Assembly: GCA_001784435.1 (NCBI GenBank)
Contig: MFQZ01000001.1
Coordinates: 16,032 to 80,031, forward strand
Direction: 5' to 3'
Length of the DNA stretch: 64,000 nt
From: Candidatus Magasanikbacteria bacterium RIFOXYC2_FULL_42_28
Lineage (GTDB): Bacteria; Patescibacteriota; Patescibacteriia; Magasanikbacterales; GWA2-37-8
Shown: positions 57,615 through 64,000 of the stretch, piece by piece
Position numbering within the stretch: the stretch's first letter is position 1
Layout: every line of letters starts with the position of its first letter
The notes under the pieces: generated by a model
Seen by the model: only the letters and a program-made list of their open reading frames with translations
Told to the model about the DNA's origin: nothing
Database searches by the model: none
Program-made: the position numbers and the translations under genes

Positions 57615-57987
57615 AATCTTCTATATAATCGCTCCGATCCGGACTATAATTGGTAGACGATAACGCAAGCAAAATTGCGTCCGCAGAAAAATCTTTAAAC
57701 CCATGCCAGACATAATTGCCGATATAAACCGCATCACCGGGCGCGAGTAAAATATCTTCTTTGCCCTTGCCCTGATCAATAATCGCCACACAACTTCCGA
57801 TTTGCATCACAAACAATTCTTTTTCAATTTTATGGCAATGCTCACCGGTATTGACCTGGCAATTATTAATATAATACATCCGCTTTACTTCAAAATCAAG
57901 ATAATCTTTCAGTTCAAAAAAGGCGTAATCTGCTTTGGCGTTTTTCAATGTTTTGGCCCCTAATTTTTTAAATACTAAATTCATCAT
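57580..57987 (-). CDS. FdtA/QdtA/WxcM-like cupin sugar isomerase
   Basis: F.VKRMYYI, GEHCHK, WHGFKDFS.DA.LL.LSS..Y...DYI.DY. Confidence 0.82.
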   Translation of the reverse strand: MMNLVFKKLGAKTLKNAKADYAFFELKDYLDFEVKRMYYINNCQVNTGEHCHKIEKELFVMQIGSCVAIIDQGKGKEDILLAPGDAVYIGNYVWHGFKDFSADAILLALSSTNYSPDRSDYIEDYDEYQKIVQAG

Positions 57988-59072
57988 ATAATTTCCTCTT
58001 TAAGAATTTGTTGTTTGTGCGCGAGCGCGGCTTTGGCGCGGGTGGGCGCGTGATTAATTTGGTAGGCGTCCTCGTGTTTAGACCATAATTTTTCCACCCA
58101 ATCAGTGTTGGTTAAATACCAATTAATCGTCTGTGACAAACCAACTTCAAATGAATCATACCCATACTCCGGTTTCCAACCCAGCGCCAATAATTTTTTG
58201 GCGTCAATCGCATAACGCAAATCATTGCCCGGACGATCTTCAACAAACTGAATCATATCATCGGGCTTATTCATCAAACGCAAAAGCATTTTGGCAATAT
58301 CCAAATTATTACGCTCGTTATCCACGCCCACATTATAAATTTCACCCGGCACGCCGGTTTGCAACATCAAATCCAAGGCCGCGCAATGGTCAGTAACATA
58401 AATCCAGTCGCGCACATTATTGCCAGCGCCATGAATTAAAATCGGTTTATTTTTTAACAAACGAAAAATAGACGACGGAATTAATTTTTCCGGATATTGA
58501 TAGGGGCCATAATTATTAGAGCAGTGCGTTACCACCACCGGAATTTTGTGCGTGGCAAAAAACGCCCGGCAAAGCAGATCCCCACCGGCCTTGGCCGCGG
58601 CATAAGGCACGTTGGGGGTCATGGGCGTGTCTTCCGTAAATTTGTTGGGGTCGTCTAGAGCCAGCGAACCATAAACCTCGTCCGTGGAAACATTCACAAA
58701 TTTTTGAATCGGGAAATTGCGACAAATATTTAAAAGTGAAAGCACGCCGAAAGTGTTAGTCATCACAAACTCGGACGCGTCGCCAAAAATTGATCGGTCC
58801 ACATGGGTCTCGGCCGCGAAATTGATAATATGATCAATCTGATATTTTTTTACCACTTCGGCCAATAAATCATAGTTGCAGATATTACCTTTGATAAAAG
58901 TATAACGAGTGGATAATTGTAAATTGATTTCAATGGCGCGCAAATTATCTTCGTTGCCGGCATAAGTGAGTTTATCAAAATTCACCACCTCAACGTGCGG
59001 ATATTTCGTCAAAATATAATGAATGAAATTGGAGCCGATAAAGCCGGCGCCGCCAGTTACTAATATTTTCAT
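57984..59072 (-). CDS. rfbB: dTDP-glucose 4,6-dehydratase
   Basis: GGAGFIGSN, DKLTYAG, AAETHVDRS, STDEVYG, NNYGPYQYPEK. Confidence 0.95.
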   Translation of the reverse strand: MKILVTGGAGFIGSNFIHYILTKYPHVEVVNFDKLTYAGNEDNLRAIEINLQLSTRYTFIKGNICNYDLLAEVVKKYQIDHIINFAAETHVDRSIFGDASEFVMTNTFGVLSLLNICRNFPIQKFVNVSTDEVYGSLALDDPNKFTEDTPMTPNVPYAAAKAGGDLLCRAFFATHKIPVVVTHCSNNYGPYQYPEKLIPSSIFRLLKNKPILIHGAGNNVRDWIYVTDHCAALDLMLQTGVPGEIYNVGVDNERNNLDIAKMLLRLMNKPDDMIQFVEDRPGNDLRYAIDAKKLLALGWKPEYGYDSFEVGLSQTINWYLTNTDWVEKLWSKHEDAYQINHAPTRAKAALAHKQQILKEEII

Positions 59073-59148
59073 AATTGAAATGAGTGAGAGAAATGACTTA
59101 ATTTATTAAGACATTTCCGAGCGAATGAAGATTATATCCTTAGATATA

Positions 59149-60264
59149 CTACCACCAAACAATTAATCTTAAAAAATAATAATATAATTTAAATATCGCG
59201 TTAACAAAAAATTTTAGTGGCGCCGAAATAACCAATTCCGCCGAACCAATTGTGGCCACAACTTGAGCCAACAATTGCCGATCACTCATTTTTCGTGTCC
59301 GTAAATTATTTCGTCGCAGTTCACGCCAAATTTGCCAATTTTTGGAACTAAGCCAATACCTATAAACCCGTAATAATTCCGATAGCCAACCGCCCCCACC
59401 GGCCACAATCATTAGGCCTAAATTATACACTATTTCCAGTGGCCAAGTCAAAATTAGCGTGGGCCATTTATAAAATAGATATTTCAGTGCGTGACGGTTG
59501 CGTTCTAACCAATAAAACTTTTCCAAATTTTTGCTAAAGGTATATTCGTGAAAAAATTCCGCCTGACTGGCCAACACCACTCTAAACCCATTGATTTTCA
59601 AACGAAGTGAATATTCCGTGTCCTCATGATACAAATAAAACTCCTCGTGCCACTTACCAAATTTTTTTAACAAATCAACGCGCAACATCGTCGCGGCGCC
59701 AGAAGCATAGCCAATATCTTTGATTGTCGGCAAAATCACTTTATCAACTCGCTCGCGATAATTCGCGCAATAACCAATTCCTAAATAATGAAAATTATTA
59801 CCAGCGCTATTTATCAAATTTGTTTCCGGATAAAGACGAATTAAACTTTGCACCTGCCCGATATTTTTATCACTCGCAAACGCGCTGGCCATCTCGTTAA
59901 TCGCGTCGGGTGCTAAAAATCCATCGGCATTATGCAAAAAAACATAATCGCAATCATTGTCTATCGCCCATTGCAGGCCGACATTATTTCCGGCCGGAAA
60001 TCCTAAATTTTTTGCTTGCGCTAAAACAACAGTTTCCGGTAGGATGTTTTTATTTTTTAATACTTCACTTTCAATAAAAGATAACTGTGACACCTCGTCC
60101 GGCTTATACGAATTATAAACAACCACCAAACGCAAATTCTCACGCGCGTAATTTTGCTTTACTATCGCCTCCAAAGCCCGCGCCAAAAATTTACTCGGCT
60201 CATCCGACCACACCAGATACACAATCGCCACTTTGGCATTCAAATTTTGGATTTGGTTTGACAT
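59149..60264 (-). CDS. Glycosyltransferase family 2
   Basis: NLGF.AGNN, SGA, Y.EDTE; start uncertain because the first codons lie in a repeat. Confidence 0.85.
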   Translation of the reverse strand: MSNQIQNLNAKVAIVYLVWSDEPSKFLARALEAIVKQNYARENLRLVVVYNSYKPDEVSQLSFIESEVLKNKNILPETVVLAQAKNLGFPAGNNVGLQWAIDNDCDYVFLHNADGFLAPDAINEMASAFASDKNIGQVQSLIRLYPETNLINSAGNNFHYLGIGYCANYRERVDKVILPTIKDIGYASGAATMLRVDLLKKFGKWHEEFYLYHEDTEYSLRLKINGFRVVLASQAEFFHEYTFSKNLEKFYWLERNRHALKYLFYKWPTLILTWPLEIVYNLGLMIVAGGGGWLSELLRVYRYWLSSKNWQIWRELRRNNLRTRKMSDRQLLAQVVATIGSAELVISAPLKFFVNAIFKLYYYFLRLIVWW

Positions 60265-60288
60265 TGGAAATTTGGATTTTGAAATTAA
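60241..60288. repeat. TTTGACATTGGAAATTTG family repeat at a GT2-GT2 junction
   Basis: Reverse complement begins TTAATTTCAAAATCCAAATTTCCAAT, identical to 31911-31936. Confidence 0.75.
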
Positions 60289-61106
60289 CGATAGAACTTA
60301 TACTCTCCCCGCCACTTCCAAAAATATTTCAACCAACTGACAAAATGCGTGCGCGCGTATTTATTTTTTATAAGTGCCATAATTACTCCTGGCACCTTGG
60401 CCGAGGCGCGACCATGAACATGACGCAAAACCACCGCGTGAAAATAATACACCGCCCAGCCCTTTTGCCACATCCGCCAACACCAGTCCATATCCTCAAA
60501 ATACATCCAAAACCGATCGTCAAAACCACCCACTTCAGCTAACGCCAATTGGCGCGCGAACATCGCCGAACCCATCACGCAGTCCACCGGCATCGTTTGA
60601 TTGTGTTCAAAATCTTTCATTAAATAATGATCAGCCACTTTTTTGCCCCGCCCCTTTTGCCCCCATTTGGTGCGCGAAAATATTGGTTGTAAAAAAGTGG
60701 GGAAGCGCCAGCAAGAGTGTTGGAGCGAACCGTCCGGATAAATAATTTTAGGCCCAGCCATGCCAATTTTAGGATTTTTTTCCATAAAATCGTACAGCTG
60801 GCGCAAAAAATTTTGACCGACGCTAAATTCCGTGTCCGGATTCAAAACAAAATAATATTTCGCGTCGACGGTCGCGAAGGCGCGATTATGAGATTTACCA
60901 AAACCAAAATTTTTGGCCTGCTTAACAACAGTCAAATTGGAAAATTTTTGCGTTAAATCATCCACTGAATCAGTGGAAGCGTTGTCTACAATTACGGTAG
61001 CAATATTCAAACCGGAATTTTTTGAATCCAAAAACAAAGAGGTCAGGGCTCGCTCAATTTCTGATTTTTCATTCGTATTGACAATGGTAACGCAAATATC
61101 AAACAT
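60285..61106 (-). CDS. Glycosyltransferase family 2 (rhamnosyltransferase-like)
   Basis: VDNAS, N.GFG...N, LNPDT, FDDRFWMYFEDMD. Confidence 0.9.
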   Translation of the reverse strand: MFDICVTIVNTNEKSEIERALTSLFLDSKNSGLNIATVIVDNASTDSVDDLTQKFSNLTVVKQAKNFGFGKSHNRAFATVDAKYYFVLNPDTEFSVGQNFLRQLYDFMEKNPKIGMAGPKIIYPDGSLQHSCWRFPTFLQPIFSRTKWGQKGRGKKVADHYLMKDFEHNQTMPVDCVMGSAMFARQLALAEVGGFDDRFWMYFEDMDWCWRMWQKGWAVYYFHAVVLRHVHGRASAKVPGVIMALIKNKYARTHFVSWLKYFWKWRGEYKFYR

Positions 61107-61107
61107 A

Positions 61108-62202
61108 CTACAAAAACCATCTTCTAATCCCTTGCCAATGCAAATGCCGACTACTCACTACCGCATGGCGCGCTTCTTTGGTATATTTCCAATTACGAAT
61201 AATGTCGCCCCAGCCATTTATTACTACTTTGGGGTTAGTAAATAAAAGATAAATAAATTTCTTAAATTCATACCAAAAAATAAACGGGAAGTCGCGTAAA
61301 ATATTTTCCCAATATTCATTTTTATACAGGGTGCGTAAATGATTTTTGTAAGAATGATATGATACAAAATACGGCTGATTGGTTTTATTTTTTAACGCCG
61401 CATAATCCCCCATTTCTTTTGGCCCGGCGCCAGTGCGATCATGATACGCCACCGCGTCAAGCAACACATACGAAACAAAACCGGCATTGCGCAAACGATA
61501 CGCTAAATCCAAATCTTCTTTATACGAATGATAAGTGGGATCAAATAAATTATTCCCGGGTAAAAGTATCTTGTCAATTAACGACTTGCGAAGCATTGCT
61601 AATGCTCCCGACACGCCAAAAACTTCTAAAATCGGTAAACCATACATCTCCCGCACTGCCTTACTTTCGCTGTCCGTCGCCCACGTTTGACGCGTTTGCC
61701 ATTCCACCGCCCGCCGATTACGAAATAAACGCACGCCAATGGCGTCAATTTGCGAGGTAAAGCCGGTTTGGGCAACCTCAAAATTATTTAGCAAATTACC
61801 ATTAAACGCTAAACGCGCTCGTTCAAAATCCCAACGCATGAGTCGCGGCGCCACCGCGCCGGCATCTTGATGCATGTCCATAAATGCTGTCATCCTTTCT
61901 AAAACATCAGGCATTAAATACATGTCGGCGTTCAAAAGTAAAAAATAGGGCGTCTTCACTTCGGCAAACGCTTGATTATGACCAACAGCAAAACCAAAAT
62001 TTTCTGAATTGCGGATGATGCGATAGGTAATACCGCTGTCTTTTAATCCCAATTCTAATAATTCCACGGTCTGATCGGTAGAAGCATTATCAATAATAAT
62101 CAACTCCCAATCTTTAAAAGTTTGGAGTTTGAGCGACGAGATTATAAATTGAATATAATTTTCGCCGTTGTGTACGACTAAACTAATCGTTAATTTTGGC
62201 AT
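61108..62202 (-). CDS. Glycosyltransferase family 2
   Basis: IDNASTD, GFAVGHN, LNAD, YKEDLDL. Confidence 0.9.
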   Translation of the reverse strand: MPKLTISLVVHNGENYIQFIISSLKLQTFKDWELIIIDNASTDQTVELLELGLKDSGITYRIIRNSENFGFAVGHNQAFAEVKTPYFLLLNADMYLMPDVLERMTAFMDMHQDAGAVAPRLMRWDFERARLAFNGNLLNNFEVAQTGFTSQIDAIGVRLFRNRRAVEWQTRQTWATDSESKAVREMYGLPILEVFGVSGALAMLRKSLIDKILLPGNNLFDPTYHSYKEDLDLAYRLRNAGFVSYVLLDAVAYHDRTGAGPKEMGDYAALKNKTNQPYFVSYHSYKNHLRTLYKNEYWENILRDFPFIFWYEFKKFIYLLFTNPKVVINGWGDIIRNWKYTKEARHAVVSSRHLHWQGIRRWFL

Positions 62203-63055
62203 AGTGTTTATTTAATTTGCTTGCTATCAATACTAATAAAATCCCCAACGGTTTGATAGTTAAAATTACCATCCATTTATACCACGGCTCCCACTTCTGA
62301 AAATATTTTACCATACTGGCCGTAAACCATTTTTGTTTTTGTAAACTTGGTAATTTTTTAAATGATTGACCGACGTAATCAACACAACTAATTATCGGCG
62401 TATAAATCACCTCATATCCCAACCGCTTCGCTTCACGACAAGTATCCACATCTTCAAACCAGATAAAATAGCGGGGGTCAAACGCGAAGCCCAATTTATC
62501 AAATAACTCGCGTCGCATTAACATAAACGACCCGCGCACACTATCTACCGCTTGCTCACTATCATGATTTAAATCATGATATAAATACTTATTTAACAAA
62601 CTTGGGAATAAATGAGACAATTTTAATAAAATAATAATTTGATCAAACAATTTTGGAAAACGACGTGGCGAGGTATCAGGATTAAACTCGCCGGTTTCTT
62701 TCACTAATTTACAACTGGCAATACCCAACCGCGGATGTTTATCGGCCCAAGTAATTAAAGTTTTTAAACTATCGGGCGCGACGCGCATGTCCGGATTTAA
62801 AAATAACAAATAACGCCCACTGGAAATTTTTGCCGCCACGTTATTCGCCCCGCCAAATCCGATATTTTTATTATTTAAAATTATTTTAACTTCGGAAAAT
62901 TTTGATTTAATTTCTGCCACTGAACCATCGCTAGAGCCATTATCAGAAATAATCTGTTCAAAATTTAAACCAACCGCGCCATTTTTCACAGACGCAATTT
63001 GAGCAATAATCCTTTCTTTGTCATTGGTATTCACTGTAATTACCGAGATATCCAT
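62183..63055 (-). CDS. Glycosyltransferase family 2
   Basis: DNGSSDGS, N.GFGGANN, LNPD, FEDVD. Confidence 0.9.
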   Translation of the reverse strand: MDISVITVNTNDKERIIAQIASVKNGAVGLNFEQIISDNGSSDGSVAEIKSKFSEVKIILNNKNIGFGGANNVAAKISSGRYLLFLNPDMRVAPDSLKTLITWADKHPRLGIASCKLVKETGEFNPDTSPRRFPKLFDQIIILLKLSHLFPSLLNKYLYHDLNHDSEQAVDSVRGSFMLMRRELFDKLGFAFDPRYFIWFEDVDTCREAKRLGYEVIYTPIISCVDYVGQSFKKLPSLQKQKWFTASMVKYFQKWEPWYKWMVILTIKPLGILLVLIASKLNKHYAKIND

Positions 63056-63113
63056 ACCACAAAAATATACAAAACATCATTGGCTTTGCCGACAAATTAA
63101 CCTAAAAACAAAA

Positions 63114-63392
63114 TCAAACTTTATAAATGCGCGCGCCATCCTTGGTAGCCCGAGATAATAAAATTGCCACCTCGTCGCCCTTACCGCCATTCTCAACATT
63201 GACGTGATTTACCTGTATCGAAGTAACCACATCGGTAAATTCGTCTTCACCGCGCTTCACTTTGATTTTGTCGCCGACCGCGAGCGTGCCGGATAAGCGC
63301 ACGACCGCCACATTTAGGCGATCAAAAAAATGCACAACTTTTCCGACTGCTTGCTCGACTTTAGATTTTCTTTTAAAAAAATCCCAAAACAT
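63114..63392 (-). CDS. Small beta-barrel protein (translation-factor domain II-like)
   Basis: VGKV.HFF.RL.VAVV.L...L.VGD.I, V.SIQVNH. Confidence 0.65.
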   Translation of the reverse strand: MFWDFFKRKSKVEQAVGKVVHFFDRLNVAVVRLSGTLAVGDKIKVKRGEDEFTDVVTSIQVNHVNVENGGKGDEVAILLSRATKDGARIYKV

Positions 63393-63414
63393 ATTCGACC
63401 TTTTAATTAATAAA

Positions 63415-64000
63415 CTAATTTTTACTGATATTTACTATCATGCCGGCGGCAGTCAAAGCCGTGAGCAAAGCCGAACCACCATGACTCACAAATGGCAACG
63501 GCACACCGGTCAAAGGTAGCACCCCCACCATCGCCCCAATATTCAAAAATGATTGCCACACGAGCCAGCTGATAATCCCAATGGCCAGTAATTTCCCGAA
63601 ATTATCACGAGCGGACTTGGCAATTTTTAAACCCCGCCAACCGATTGCCACAATAAAAATTACCAAGCCGGCGGCAAAAATGAATCCCAATTCTTCACTC
63701 AAAACAGCATAAATTGAATCCGCGCTCACTTCGGGTAAATACTGAAATTTCTGACGTGATTGCCCCAATCCCAACCCCCAAAAACCGCCCGAGCCAATCG
63801 CCAAAAACGCTTGGTTGATGTGATAGCCGATGCCTTGCGGATCAAGTTCGGGATGTAAAAAAATAGACAGACGTTGCAAACGATAAGGAGCCGCGAAAAC
63901 CAACGAGGTAAAAACCAGCACCCCGAGCGCGCCGAGCACGGCCAAATACTTAACCGGCACTTTAGCGACAAACAACATACAAAACAATATCACTACGAGT
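63415..64000 (-). CDS. ftsW: FtsW/RodA (SEDS) protein, 3' part
   Basis: AIGSGG.WGLGLG.S.QK..YLPE...D, EELG, PLTGVPLPFVSHGGS; continues past the window end. Confidence 0.88.
   Translation of the reverse strand, partial: LVVILFCMLFVAKVPVKYLAVLGALGVLVFTSLVFAAPYRLQRLSIFLHPELDPQGIGYHINQAFLAIGSGGFWGLGLGQSRQKFQYLPEVSADSIYAVLSEELGFIFAAGLVIFIVAIGWRGLKIAKSARDNFGKLLAIGIISWLVWQSFLNIGAMVGVLPLTGVPLPFVSHGGSALLTALTAAGMIVNISKN

Noticed and set aside
521-63971. Numerous short ORFs antisense to or nested in long genes
   Set aside because: Shadow ORFs with no recognisable motifs, overlapping well-supported genes

Overview
Chromosomal window of an AT-rich, reduced-genome bacterium. The gene set points to Patescibacteria/CPR (Parcubacteria-like): truncated AlaRS, short L13, FemABX pair, PilT, AT-rich leaders. 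Almost all genes are on the minus strand. In order: cell-envelope genes (GT2, flippase, two FemABX), the infA-rpmJ-rpsM-rpsK-rpsD-rpoA-rplQ-rplM-rpsI cluster, alaS, mnmA, murG, rpoD, dnaG, a MacAB-like ABC operon, a CCA-adding enzyme and pilT. A plus-strand block between two tRNA-Pro genes carries ATP-citrate lyase, corA, an SGNH hydrolase and an acyltransferase. It is followed by a ~14.9 kb accessory island, type II glutamine synthetase, a dTDP-sugar/GT2 cluster and a partial ftsW. Most notable observations: (1) The island next to tRNA-Pro(CGG) is bounded by ~300-bp, highly structured inverted repeats. Their outer ends mimic the tRNA 3' arm with a 5-bp longer spacing, as in serine-integrase attP versus attB arms. 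The island modules are punctuated by an ATTTAAA-TATATA-TTTAAAT palindrome. (2) Several palindromic mini-element families are inserted in frame in housekeeping genes: four sites in mnmA, plus dnaG, the CCA enzyme and FemX. (3) A four-helix-bundle gene is flanked by inverted heptamer arrays, with empty relatives at other gene junctions. (4) There is a Cys-rich protein/SMR/SET-domain/7TM kinase/receiver module. (5) A RadC-C5 methyltransferase fusion is paired with a HaeII-like endonuclease. (6) A 121-bp relic of the dnaG 5' end records a recombinational gene acquisition. All family assignments are from motif recognition only; no searches were run.
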